Assembly (NCBI GenBank): GCA_964016885.1
Contig: OZ024740.1
Coordinates: 389,112,001 to 389,176,000, forward strand
Length of the DNA: 64,000 bases
Source: Eledone cirrhosa
Lineage: Eukaryota
Direction: 5' to 3'
The position numbers and the translations under genes were made by a program. The first letter of the stretch is position 1; every line of letters begins with the position of its first letter. Under the pieces are notes generated by a model that did no database searches, was not told the DNA's origin, and saw only the letters and a list, made by a program, of their open reading frames with translations. Positions 10,863 through 23,620 of the stretch are shown here, one piece after another.

Positions 10863-10958
10863 CAGCAAGCATACCACCGATGTGAGCAGAAATACCCACT
10901 TTAGGTCCTTCAGTATAAGTATATCTTCTGTAAATAGCATTACCAGTATCAGTAATCA
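10863..10958 (-). CDS. Rhomboid gene exon: catalytic His (AHIGG)
   Basis: ttttag|TG...G|gtaagt, 96 nt: (V)ITDTGNAIYRRYTYTEGPKVGISAHIGGMLA(G). Confidence 0.94.
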
Positions 10959-11415
10959 CTAAAAATAGAAAGAAAGCAAACTTTGGAATATGTTAAACAT
11001 TCATTGACTTATATGATTCATGATTTATAACATACACACATACAATACTATTAGCAAATTCATAAACAACATCACCAAATATTGCTCACACACATGTGCT
11101 TCAGGTTTCCCTATTCGGTTTGTTGTTTCCCGTTTTTTTCAGTTTTTTTTCTTTTTTCTTCCCTTTTCCCTTCTGTTATATTTTTTTTCTCTCTCTTCCT
11201 TTTTTTCCCAATAACTTCCTTTAGTTATTGATGCACTGGGGTAAGATATATTGTCTTTAATGTGTTGAAATATCCATGATCCCCAGCAGAAAACTGATGA
11301 AGGAAAATTTTCTCCCATTCATGCTTTCCTCTTATTTATCCAGCAACTACACAGCCCTTCTTTCTTCTTATATATATATATATATATTTAAAGGTTAAAC
11401 AAGGTTCAATGAATA

Positions 11416-11480
11416 AATCAATCTGATGAGGACTTACTGTTGAAGATAGCTCAGTACCTCTGAAATATGTATAATAAAAT
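11416..11480 (+). ncRNA. Degenerate minimal hammerhead motif
   Basis: CTGATGA at 11423, stem II gga..tactg/cagta..tct, GAAA-tatgta-TA-ataaaat. Stem I is poorly paired. Confidence 0.45.
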
Positions 11481-11547
11481 ATACTTGATCACACGAATGT
11501 CTATATTTGTTAATATTTTGAATTAATATATATATATATATGTGTGT

Positions 11548-11828
11548 CATCATCATCATCATCGTTTAACGTCCATGTTCCACGCTAGTATGGGTTTGGA
11601 CGGGAATTTTCCCACTTGAGGCAAGATTGGTTGTCTTGCTCGTATAGGACTGTCTAGCGAGTTTTTTACGGCTGGATGCCCTTCCTAACACCAACCACGT
11701 TTACAGTGTGGACTGGGAGGTTTTTACCGTGTTACCTACATGGCCACATTACAGCGTGGACTGTGTGTTTTTTTGTTGTGACACCTACACACCCTCATTT
11801 GTTTCAGACTGGATGCTGTGGTACCATG
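11548..11828 (-). mobile_element. RTE LINE, 3' UTR-only copy
   Basis: Similar to 4171-4460, with a (CAT)n run on the plus strand, next to TA/TG repeats. Confidence 0.85.
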
Positions 11829-11899
11829 TATATGTATATGTATATATATGCATATATATATATATATGTATACATAGGTGTACATAGGTGTGGGTGAGT

Positions 11900-12335
11900 C
11901 TATATATGGTGGGGTGGACCAAGTGGGTGGTGGGGAGGACCAAGTGGGTGTGGGGATGGCTGGAAGTGGAGGGGACTGTTAATGTTGGGAGTGTTTTAGT
12001 GGTGTTAATCTGGGGGGAGGGGTGATCGAAGGCTAAAGGAAGAGGGTGGGGAGTTCAAACCGGGGGGGGGGGGTCTGTAGGGTGAAAATAGTGTTGTTCA
12101 GCCCTAAGTCGGGCATTGGGGGTCCCATGGCACTCAAACAGGCCGCAGACGGTTAGGTTGCTGGTGGAGTGTCCAGTGGAGCCAAAGTGGCGGGCGATGA
12201 GGGAACTCCCACCGAGACGAGTGTCTCAGAGGTGCTCCATAAACCGATCCCCCAGGTGACATCCAGTGTGTCCGACTTGGGTCGCACTGCACTCCATGCA
12301 GAGAAGTCCATAGGAGGAGGTGCAGCGGAAGGCAT
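11900..12335 (-). mobile_element. Penelope-like element GIY-YIG 3' fragment (Neptune-like)
   Basis: FRCTSS...CMEC...VGHTGCHLGDRFMEHL*D...IARHFGSTGHSTSNLTVCGL...RAEQ. Confidence 0.75.
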
Positions 12336-12445
12336 CTTTTGATATGCAAGCAGTCAGACAAGTTATTCATATATGCTTGCTGGTCACTGAAGTGAATAAC
12401 TCGTCTGACCACTTGCATATCAAAAGATATTTACATCTTCTGTGG

Positions 12446-12508
12446 ATTTTATCTGATGAGAACATGTTTGACTGATGTTATACATCTTTGAAATACGTAT
12501 AATAAAAT
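12446..12508 (+). ncRNA. Minimal type I hammerhead ribozyme (inverted pseudo-LTR of the adjacent Penelope fragment)
   Basis: Stem I attttat/ataaaat, CTGATGA, stem II gaacatgt/acatcttt, GAAA, palindromic tacgta, AUA triplet. Confidence 0.75.
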
Positions 12509-13038
12509 AAAGAGGAATGGACTAAAGTAGCCATCTTATTTGTTTATTATTATTATATGTGTTAGCATGTGTAGTGTGTATATTGATATTATACGCAAGT
12601 ATATATGCATGTAGATATGATACATCAAATAAAATTGTAATTGACAATATCCACAGAAATTGAACGAAGACTACGTTACACTCTCTTATGTAATCAGTAA
12701 CGTAATCCATGATACATTAAAAAAAGACGATATTATATATAAACTGCATTAGGAGAAAATTAGTGACGGAAATATATGAATGTTTATTTAAGCAACCGCT
12801 AACCGGAAGTGTTGACATTTGAAAATTTTAAAGAAGTGAATCTTAAAATAAGGAACAAAATTATTTATATTTAATCAAGAATAACTAAATTTAGTAGATA
12901 AATTATGTAATATTCATTCATTATTTATCCAAAGTAATCCAACTTATTTTACAAACGGGATAAAAAAAATATTCTGGACGCAGTCCCGCACTCCTTACTT
13001 TATTATAGTTTAGATATATATATAAACATATATATATA

Positions 13039-13093
<55 letters not shown>

Positions 13094-13428
13094 GTATAAC
13101 CTAATAAATGTTTTGATAATCCAACACAAAGAAAGCGAGCTTTGTTAAACAACATCAATTCTTGTACACGTTATAATCCATTCAATGTGCTTGAGTCATG
13201 TTAAATTACTAACTGCTGAGGCTAGAAGACATATAATCCACAATTTAAACAACTGGGAATAGAAAAATACTTACTCTCCAAAAATATGCAAATCTCCAAA
13301 TTTCTAAAGAGAAATTAACACATTACTCCTCCACATGACAGATAAAAATGTATATAAAACAATAAAATTCTTTCCTTTTCAAGTGATCCATAAAAAAATA
13401 CTTATTTAAAAACTAATTTGTTCCTTAC

Positions 13429-13522
13429 CCAATGTAAGTATAAGTGTTAACCGAACTGGTGCACTGAGTAACATACGGAAAAAAGAACCCTCCCAACACT
13501 TGTAGTTCATCTCTTTCCAGTT
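13429..13522 (-). CDS. Rhomboid gene exon: NW loop and next TM
   Basis: ttctag|AAC...G|gtaag, 94 nt: NWKEMNYKCWEGSFFRMLLSAPVRLTLILTL. Confidence 0.92.
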
Positions 13523-13865
13523 CTAGAAAAGAAACATTAGTGATTTTGTTTTGAACAGAAACATTTTATTTTTGTAACGGTATGTTATAATCAATTGAAA
13601 TCACCATCAGTATAATATAAACAAATAATGTTATCAATGTTGAAGTCACAGGATTTGAATACAAAACTCAAAGGAGTAATATGAAATGTAATATATTCAT
13701 TAAGTTGACATATTATTAGTAATAATAATGTTCACTTTTTCTAAACTATTATTTATAGTCATTGGCTGTTACTAGTTATTTTCAACGTTTGGGATTCTTA
13801 CATTTTCAAATTATCATAATTGTTATGATCACATAATACATATGTTTCAGTAGTAAATTACTCAC

Positions 13866-13966
13866 CACAATGACAGCAGCAAGATGTGCTCCAATTAAGG
13901 CATAACAACCACCACTGGCACCTCCAAGGAATGAAAACCTATCAGTTACTGAATGTGCCAAGGAAC
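13866..13966 (-). CDS. Rhomboid gene exon: catalytic Ser (GASGG)
   Basis: catag|GT...GTG|gtgag, 101 nt: (G)SLAHSVTDRFSFLGGASGGCYALIGAHLAAVIV. Confidence 0.95.
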
Positions 13967-14469
13967 CTATGTATGAAGAGACAAAAATTGAATTCATTAC
14001 ATAAATTTCTATTGAATAATTTCAACAACAGCAGAAGCAGCAGCAACAACAACAGCCAATAAGAAATCGTTTTTTTTAAATAAATGATAAGCTATTGAAA
14101 CAATGTAATAGAGAAATACTTCTGTGAGAGGTTTCTCAGAGAAAAGGTAAAGATATCACATTAGATATTTGTAAAAATAAACAGAAAGGTCTCTAAGTGC
14201 AACATAAAATCAATACTTGTAAAAATGAGTCACAATTGTCTAAATTGTTGGGTTTTAAAAGACCAAAAGGCTCAATGGTTTGGATCTAGTCATTACTTTT
14301 GACCGAGACATAAGCTAAGGTAAACTGAATCAGCATGACTTAATAACAAAAACACATAAGGAAATTATTATTTCCCTGCACAAAGCCAGTGGATTGCTGT
14401 ATTATATTTTGTTTGTTTTTTATTAGCAATGAACTTTATATAATACTCTTTTGTTATTTTACAGTATTA

Positions 14470-16172
14470 AGGTGTTAAATGCTGTGGACGAAAGAGAATG
14501 CTGTGGTGCTGGATGGCAGGAGGACTCCCTGGTTCAATCAAGAGATCAATGATGCCATCCAAGAAAAGAAGGAGGCCTACCACGTTTGGCTTGGAAATAA
14601 GTTATTCTTGCATGTGCGGTACAAGCAAGCATGAAAAATCGCAACAGCAACAGTAAAGGGGTCCAAAGTTAAGACATGGGAGGACTTTGGGGATTAAAAT
14701 GGATTCCAACCAGATCAACAAATAAAGTGTTCTGGCAGACCATCTGTCAACTTTGTAATAAGAAATCTTCCTCCACATCTGCTATCAGGAATGCATCTGG
14801 GTTTCTCCTCTCTTTAGAGAGGTGCATCCTCGCAAGGTGGAGAGAATACTGATCTAAACCCAATCCCAACAGTATCTTCTGATGTACATTCGGAGGCTGA
14901 GATCACATGATCAATTATAAATCTCAAATGTGGCAAGGCTACTGGGGAATATGAAATTTGGCCAAAGATGTTAAAAGCCTTAAATAAAGAAGATATTCCC
15001 TAGCTGATGAAGTGTAGTTTTCACCCTGGATGCAGACAACCAAATATTCGCACAACAGCAGGTCTTTGAGAAATCATAGGTCTACAACGCAAACAATGTG
15101 TTCTTGCTTTATAGACCTTGAAAAAGCATATGACAGTGTTCAATGGGACCTGATGCAGAAGGTTCTGCAGGAGTATGGGATTGATGGTCAGTTTCTTGTT
15201 GCCCTGATGTCTCTATATGCCTGAGTATTTGTGTTCAGATAAATGGTGCTAAATCGAACCCATTCAATATGGGATTCATACTCTTCCTAGGGTGTGTACT
15301 GTCACCTTTCCTGTTCAATATTTTCATGAACAGGATTGACATGTGCAGCCGGTTTGGAAGTGGTATCATGACTAGTAAGTGTAAGATCAGTTGGCTGGAA
15401 TATGTAGATGACATGGTATTACTTAATATGTCAGAAAGCGATCTTCAATGCACATGATAGGTCTGATGCTGAGTGCTGCATAACTGGAATGAAAATCAAT
15501 GCTGCGAAGACTGAAACACAAGGAAGCCAGTGCAGTGCACTCTACATGTGAATGGAGCTCCACTGAAACAGGTGGAGTTATTCAAGTATCTCAGGGCTGT
15601 GCTCATGAGTGATGGAATGTAACAATCTGAATTAAGTACATGAATTGCAGGAGCTGGTGCAATAATGCACCATCTTCAGTATTCAATAAGAAGAAAGGAG
15701 GTAGGCGTTAAAAGATAAACTCACTATCTTCAATTCACTATTCATGCCCACCCTTACCTATGCTCATGAATCTTGAGTAACACATGAAAGAATATGATAA
15801 TGAATATAAGCAGCTGAAGTGAGTTTCCTCAAAGGGTTTTTGGAGTAATGTTACTCAATGGAGTGTATAGCTCAGAGATTAGAGTGTCACTCTAGGTAGA
15901 GCTGCAACTTCTCTGAATTGAGAAATCACAGCTCTGATATTATGGGTAAGTAGTTAGAATGTTTCAGGAAAGAATTGCTTGACAGTTTATGTGTGAAACC
16001 AACTGGCAAGTGACCCAGGGATAGACCCTTGAGTGAGATGGTTGGATAACATTCATGAGCTCAGCTGGTCTCGTTCAGGGTTCCAGCCAGATCAACTGGA
16101 AATGGTTGTTTCTGACAGGACCTGTTGGAAAGAGAGTTTGAGGACTTTGCCCCATGACCCTCTCAGGAATAA
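14470..16172 (+). mobile_element. Decayed RTE-clade LINE (Rex3/Expander-like), 3' two-thirds
   Basis: TPWFNQEI, CFIDLEKAYDSV, GCVLSPFLFNIFM, YVDDMVLL, GMKINAAKTE, PTLTYAHES, IEKSQL. Many stops and frameshifts. Confidence 0.85.
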
Positions 16173-16335
16173 GTGTATATAGCTTGAGAAAGCAGTGTTT
16201 CCACCAGGTTCACATAACTTGGATTTGATCCTAAAATGTACATATTTTTAAGGAGTAGCCTTCTGGCCCAATATGTGATGTAGAGTACATAAAAAAATTC
16301 TGAATAATTTCAGATATAAATTTAATATAGCTCAC

Positions 16336-16448
16336 CTGCAAGAACTCCCAGCACATAAACAAGCAACAAACGCCAAAACTTGTGCACAATCTCAAGTGGT
16401 ATTCCAAGAATAATTTGGAAAATGGCGTTGAATATAAGATGAAGGTAA
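16336..16448 (-). CDS. Rhomboid gene exon: HxxxN helix and next TM
   Basis: ttgtag|T...G|gtgag, 113 nt: YLHLIFNAIFQIILGIPLEIVHKFWRLLLVYVLGVLA. Confidence 0.95.
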
Positions 16449-16499
16449 CTACAATTAGAAAAGAAAATAATATATATATATATAAATATAAATTTATAT

Positions 16500-16537
<38 letters not shown>

Positions 16538-18479
16538 CGATGTACATATATTATATAACAATGATAACAAAGGCAAGTCATTTTACATATATCATTCATA
16601 AAATAACTTGCCTTTGTTATGATTGTGAAATAATATATGTAATATATCAGACTCTATATTTGAAAGACTGACTCAGCGAACACGGAACCAATCACTGGAT
16701 CTCACTCAACTACATGCTAACAGATTATATTGAGTTCTACCAATGGTATAGACCTTACTGCGAAAGGTAGACCACATTGAATATAAATATACATATATAG
16801 ATTTAAATTTATATACATATATACCCAGTTAGCAGTATATAGTCTGCCTCCCTCTTGTATTACACTCCAAGTCTCAATGTACCTCTCCAACCTGGCCAAA
16901 GACACAACAAGAAACCTAGTACTGCAATGAAGTAGTACTGGTGTCACAATAAAATACAATAATTCCACTCTGTAAAGTGATAGTGCTGATGCCATGACAA
17001 AAAGTATCCAGTTCACCCTGTAGAGTAGTTATGCTGCAGTCATGATAAAATGCTCCTAGTACATTCTGTTGGTGTTAAGAAGGGCATCTAGCCATAAAAA
17101 CCAAGCTTCAGAATGCAACAACCCATCTAACCCATGGAAGCATGGAAAATAGATGTTACAGTGATGATGACAATATGCCCATATGCAATTTGAAAAATAA
17201 TGTTTCTAGTGCTCCAAGATGTGTATCAAGTTTTATTGGGTTGAGCCATTGAGAACCAAAGCAGGGATACAGTTGCAGTACAGGATACAAAGCATCCATT
17301 CTTCAGTCAGTTGATGAACAGAGTAATAACTTGATCAACTTTAACTACCAGTCGAGCTATAACTATAAAATGAAAAAAAAAAAAATTTAAGATGGAATGC
17401 TTTAAGTTGCAGACATTTTTTCTAAAAGAAACAAAAAATACAATCTCTAACAGTTGATTTATGTATTTGATGGAGATGAGAAGAGGTATAAACTGGAATG
17501 TATATTATAGTTGCCAAAACTATTTAGTCAATTTCCTCTAGAGAGTAATAAAATTATTAAGAAGCATACAAAAAAAATGTCAGTTGATATCAGAATATAC
17601 TGTGCTTCTTTTTTAGCATTGAAAATAAAAATTGAAGAAAAGAAGCATCTTTATGATCAGCATATTCAGAAACATGGGAAGAATTTTAATTGGTCTATTT
17701 AAGTGAATGTTTGAAATGAGACATATATAAGATCTGATAAGGTACTAAAACAAAGAATGTAAAGACAGTTATTTAATTTTTTTCAGCTAGTTTTGACCCT
17801 TAACATTAAGTAGGAATTCATCAGTCATGATATTTATATCTACTTTTTCATTTAACAAACATGAATTATCTTGCTTGTGCTTCTTTAAGTCCACTAAGAA
17901 AAGTCTCATTTTTGTTTTAAATAACAGATAAATAAAATATTAACCTGTTTTTCTGAACATTCGAAAATTTTATCCAGAACATTTTTATTTATATGTAATA
18001 ATTAAAAATGTTGTCCTAATTAAAAAAAATGCAAAAAAAAAAACCTCATTGAAATTATGCAAGACTTGATAGAACATGCCAGAACTACAGATTTGATATG
18101 GCTTACTTTGTGGGCAATTTTCTTGGTTGGCAAGACAAGTACCCAAATATGAGCATATTTAATGCAGAAATATATATGTATATGTGGAATGTTGAGATAT
18201 AGCTCATTAATGGTAAAATTTGCGATTGATTACTGCTCTAAGGAAAACTTGACATTAATGAACCAATGAGTAAAATTTTCCTCAACAAATAATTTCCAGA
18301 ATAATGACCAAATTATATTAAATCTTAAAATTTCAGACAGCATGCCTTGGGCCTACATATGCAGAGGTGACTCTGTCTACCCAATAACAATAGAGAATAA
18401 CTGTAGCATTAGAATATAACTGAAGAATATTGTGATGTGGCAACATAGAAATCTTGTACTAATTATGAAATAGGGCTAC

Positions 18480-18760
18480 AACATGTTGCAGCACCGTCTC
18501 CAGAGCCAATCTTGTCATTTCAGTCATAAACCTAAGAGCTATCACCACTATGCAGAGGAGCAAAAGATAAAGTACAAATTCTTTGATGAGCAGAGCTTCA
18601 TTTCACAGTGGTTGTTCTTGAGACATTTTGCATCCTTGGTCCTTGGACTGCCCTCAGTCAAACTGGAATAAAGGTGTTGCATTTGGGGAAAGAACCTGAG
18701 TTAAAGTGGCCAATGCAGTAGATATTACTGGCTGTTAATATTGCAAGTATCTTCCTTAGA
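18480..18760 (+). mobile_element. Remnant of restriction-like-endonuclease C-terminus of a CRE-type non-LTR element
   Basis: AEEQK-KY...F..VVLET..ILGP...N-ASI pattern read across frameshifts. Confidence 0.45.
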
Positions 18761-18989
18761 CATCTACAGCTGTTCCACCTCAAAGGCATGCAAAAGAATA
18801 GTTCTCCATTTATCAACACACCAGCTAAGAAACAAAAGTCATTTTATTTGGAAGTTAAAATGATAATTAACTGGCACGAAAGATGGAAAAAATTAAATGC
18901 TAATATGTACAATCTACAGTTGTAAATTAGAGAAGGGAAATATAAAATAAAATGAAAATATAAAATAAAGTAATAGTAAGTAGATTTTT

Positions 18990-19908
18990 GGGGGAGAGCT
19001 GTTCTGCTAGAGAATGGGTCGCAGGTGGTGGATAGTGATACGGCCACCAGATATGATGGCTAGTGGCGATATAAGCAGGCAGCTGCTGAATGAATAAGCA
19101 ACCCTGGACCAACAGCGGTAAACTACTAGGGAAAATGGAGTAATGGGTGACACTTATAGCTCCCAAGAAAACTCTCCAATGCAGTGATGTAGTTATGACA
19201 AGGTGAGTAAAAGCTTCCTCTAAAAAAAGCAGAGTCTTTGTGCGTTTTGAGAAAATACCAGATAGGTTCGAATAAGACCACTAAAACTGCAATATGGTGA
19301 GAGGTGTGAAAAAGAACCATACAGCATCGTCCTTCATGTGGGTTAACAAAGGACGTGTTCAGGCCTTAGGTACAGGGATCTGTTTAAAAAATATATTTCA
19401 GTCTCCCTTTTATGCTGCAAAAACTGGTGATGGATCTTTGACCTGTTCTGGGAGTGTGGAATGGATGTATCCCAAGACCCCAACAAGGGTTCAGAAGGGA
19501 GAAAACCTTGACAGTTGAAACCTGGAACATGACAACCTTTACTGCTAAGGAGCTGGAACTAGTGGAGGAGGCTAGATGCTACTGGCTAGATATAGTCCGG
19601 GTTTCCTCAACAAAGCCCTGTGGCTCTGTAGATTTTGATGGAGGATGGAAACTCCATTATTCAAGTGTGATGCCAAAATGACTGCACAGGTGGGAGTGGG
19701 GATACTCACAAGCCCCTGGCTCTCAGAATGTTATGGACTGGATCCCATTAGGAGGGAAGATTTGCCTCTTGAAGCTTAGGCTGAAAGTTAAGTGTCTGTG
19801 GGTGGTGCAAGTTATGCACCAAACAAGGAGCTCAATGATGTCACTGAAGCATTAGATGTAGTTAAGACTGAGTCATATATCCTGATGAGAGACTTTAATG
19901 CACATGTT
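18990..19908 (+). mobile_element. Rex3/Expander-like RTE LINE, 5' UTR and APE fragment
   Basis: TWNMTTFTAKELELVEEARCYWLDIV..SSTK, GWKLHYS, GVGIL, QVYAPN, DFNAHV. Confidence 0.8.
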
Positions 19909-20101
19909 GAAAAAAAGAAGTAAATAAGTAAAGAAGAAAAAAGAAGAAAAGAAGAAAAGAAAAGAAAGAAAAAAGAAGAAAAGAAGTAAAGAAGAAAAAA
20001 GAAAAGAAGAAGAACAGAAGAAGAAAAGAAAAAAGAAAGAAAAGAAGAAAAGAAGAAAAAGAAAAGAAGAGAAAAAAAGAAGAAGAAAGAAAGAAAGAAG
20101 A
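19909..20101 (+). repeat. Polypurine (AAG/AAAG)n tract
   Basis: About 190 nt of almost pure A/G. Confidence 0.95.
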
Positions 20102-20959
20102 ATATTGGATGGTGGGAAAAATAATACATGAAAAATAAAATGTTTAAATGTATTGCATGGTACAATACATCAATTTATATAAAATACTTCCTCAACGTAT
20201 CAAAGGTTAGTGACTCCGTATCAATATAGAGTCAATTGGTCGAAATGAAACAGTTTGTGGTTTTAAGTTGGAGATAATATGAAACATAATAAATATAGGT
20301 TATCTTTTTTTAGTCAGGGGAAGAAGAGCATCACCATGCCCTTTTTATATGGCTTACTAGAGAGGTTTAGGGAGGGAGGGGGAGGACAACACTGAGACTC
20401 ATGGGTTACTGTAGAAGGAAGAAATACATGAAGATATCAAGTTTATATTTAGACCAAGTTTATATATAGACCAAGATATCAAGTTTATATTTAGACCAGG
20501 GACTTTGGTTGAAGACCTCCACTCTGTTTCAAATATTCAAACAAACAACAAACTAACTCTACCCCCTCAATATCTATTACCCACTGGTTCTGTTCTGTCT
20601 CTGGCATAACCCTATTAACACAAACTCTAAGCTTGGACTGATAACATTGAATTATATATGAGTCATATCTCCAGCTGGTATTGATTTAGCATACTTTCTG
20701 GGTTACAGTGACTGTGAATGTTATATGTCTATTTAAAGATGTTTAACCTCGTTGAAAATATATTTCTTATGAAATATACTGCCTATGTGCTTGTAACAAT
20801 TTTTAAAATAATCAAGCATTTGCATGGATTTAATATTAATATAACTAATCTTATCATTAAATTGCTGTTAAGGATATAAATTAAAGTCCTTACACAAAAT
20901 TGTGAGAACTTTTAATTCAAATAGATATTTAAAATTAGAGATTTGTATTATGGAACAAT

Positions 20960-21148
20960 AGGGCGGTGGATTGGCAGTATCGGTAGAGGGTCGGACGCCA
21001 TGCTTTCCAGCATAGTTACGTCCCTTTACGATCTGAGTTCAAATCCCGCCGAGGTTGACTTTGCCTTTCATCCTTACGGGGTCGATAAAATAAAGTACCA
21101 GTAATGCACTGGGTAATGCTGGCCTTGTGCCTAAAGTAGAAACAATTA
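20960..21148 (+). mobile_element. Meta-core tRNA SINE
   Basis: A-box-like TGGCAGTATCGG, B-box GAGTTCAAATCCC, core GAGGTTGACTTTGCCTTTCATCCTTACGGGGTCGATAAAATAAAGTACCAG. Confidence 0.85.
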
Positions 21149-21619
21149 TGGAACAAGGGGCAATCTGAGGCAAATTAGTGTGGACTGTAAACTGTAGCCA
21201 GTTGGATTTTTCTTTGAGCCTTGCTAGAAGGGAAAACAGACATTAAATAATGATGATGGTAATTATGATCAAAATTCTGGAAGGAATAGAGAAATGTTAA
21301 ATTTAAGACCAAGGAACATAGAGATATTAAATTATTTATCTAGAGATACTTGTATTTAGTAAATATAAATAGGTATCATGTGGAAATGCACATTACAACT
21401 TTAAGCAAGAGAAGTAAGCCCTATATACCTAACAAGTGTTATTGTTTAACTCCGGGTAAGCTCTGATCAAGTAGATCTACATTCAAAAGCACACCAGTCA
21501 TAACCACTCCATCCTTTTTGGACAGAGAGGGTTTAGGACCACATAATCAAATGTATTATTTGAAGGAAAATTTGGTGTTATTTCTAGCAGGTTGAGCAAG
21601 AATATTAAAGTAGTAATTC

Positions 21620-22000
21620 TGAGCTTATGTTTCACTAATATGCAGCATCACACTTAGTACACAGGCGTCATACAGTCGTCCTTTTGTATGTAGAGAGAAA
21701 CCTTTTGTTGTCAACAGTGGAAGTAGGTCTCTAAACGCCTTCTATCCTATCCTTATTCTAGCTATTATGTTCCCAGTGTACCCTCTTCCTCTGCTAATTA
21801 AGTATCCCAGGTAGAAAAGCTACCAATCACTTCTATTGACCCTTTCTGTGACTTGAAAAGATTTATATTACTCCTGTGCATCTACATACAAAGTCTTCCT
21901 TTCCTGTTAGTCTACCTGTTATCTTATTAGATTTCCCCAGATTTATATTGCTCTTTAGTTTTGGCTAAGTTTACTCTCAAACCTTTAGATTCCAAAATTA
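21620..22000 (-). mobile_element. Old RTE LINE fragment
   Basis: RLYDACVLSVMLH, FRDLLPLL..KGFSL, LESKGLRVNLAKTK. Confidence 0.75.
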
Positions 22001-22049
22001 TTGGTCTTGAGTCTAAATTGAAAATTATTATTACTGCTATTATTAAAAA

Positions 22050-22412
22050 GAGGGTGGTGGGTTAGTGGAATTCTTACAATGTTGGACAAAATGCTTTGTT
22101 GCATATAGTTATGACCTATTATGTTGAATTAAGATCTGCTGAAGTCAGTTTTGCTTTTCATCCTTCCAGAGTCGATAAAATATAGTAGCTGTAAAGTACT
22201 GTTACCAATTTAATTGATTTTCTCCTCCACCCAAATTACTGGCTTTTTGTTTATTTAGAAATCATTATTTACGGTCCTTGCCATTCTGAGTTCAAATCCC
22301 GCCGAGGTTAACTTTGCCTTTCATCCTTATGGGGTTGATAAAATAAAGTACCAGTAATGCACTGGGTAATTGCTGGCCTTGTGCCAAAAGTAGAAACAAT
22401 TATTATTATTAT
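22050..22412 (+). mobile_element. Two tandem Meta-core SINE copies
   Basis: Core motif at about 22140-22190 and 22290-22350, ending in (ATT)n. Confidence 0.8.
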
Positions 22413-23414
22413 TCAAGAGGCTAGTGTAGTAGCCGTAGTGTGAGAGTGCCAAACTAGGTTACAATGAAATAAGTTATGCATTAGGAGTGGTCATTTACTG
22501 TTTCAATCCCTGCTAACTGATGAGAAAACATTCAAGCATTATTGAATTTAGGGCCATGTTTCATATGATAATGGGATAGTGTAAAAAAATATTAGTGAAG
22601 GCCCTTCTAAGCAAACACTGGGTTTATAATTACATTATCTTATGCAGTGGTTATGTGTATAGGTAGTACTTTGGGATAGTGGGCACTAGAGATGAGGTAG
22701 AGAACCAGGGAAGAGGAAGATAAAAAAAAAAAACGATTGACTATCACTAATTGTAAACAACCACCATAATCTAGTATAATATATAACAGTCATTATAACT
22801 CTACCACACATGGCTTCCAAGGTTAAGACATAGGTGTCTGCACAATCACAAATTTTCAACTTTCATCCTATTGCATGGCACTTTGGATAAGTGTGTTGTT
22901 CTGTCATAGCCTCAAGTCAACAAAAGCCTTGTGACTGAAATTGGATAAAAATGGAAATTGCAAAGAAGCCTATCAAATGAACACTAAATATTTTGGGGGT
23001 TGACCGAAATTAATTCATCATCCAGCTTAAAACTCTCACCTTGCTCTTGAGTGCATTTGATAGAGTTTACTCTGCTACAAATGTCAATGATCTGAATGAG
23101 GATAACCCATCAGTTGTACTTTACACCTCTCTTTATTTCTCAATTTTACTCGAATTTAATCAACTTATATTATCTACTATATTAAAGATGTAATACATGT
23201 CATGTACAAAGTCTATGATGCTACAGAAGTGAAGGCATGAATGTGTATGAGAGAGAGAGCAAGCAGGTATCATGGTGGTGCCAATGTGTTTAAACCTATG
23301 CTATAACGAGATGGAAAAGAAATGGTGAGAGAGAAACAAAGAACTTAAAGAGGAATTATTTTTACAAAGAATATTGTTTATCAGCAAATTATTAATGAGT
23401 AAACTAGTCCATTT

Positions 23415-23620
23415 TGGTAGCAAATTGGCAGTGTAGTTAGAATGTCGGATAGAATACTTTATAGTTTTCATTTGGGCTCTCTGCTGTCTGAGTTCAAATC
23501 ATGCTGAGGTCAACTTTACCTTTCATCCTTTCAAGGTTGATAAAAAAATGTACCACCTTTCATCCTTTCAAGGTTGATAAAAAAATGTACCAGTCTAGTA
23601 TTGAGGTCAATTCTTTCTTT
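23415..23620 (+). mobile_element. Meta-core SINE with internal duplication
   Basis: The segment cctttcatcctttcaaggttgataaaaaaatgtacca occurs twice. Confidence 0.75.

Noticed and set aside
20960-21050. tRNA-like A and B boxes here and in other SINE heads
   Set aside because: They are SINE heads with no complete cloverleaf, not tRNA genes.
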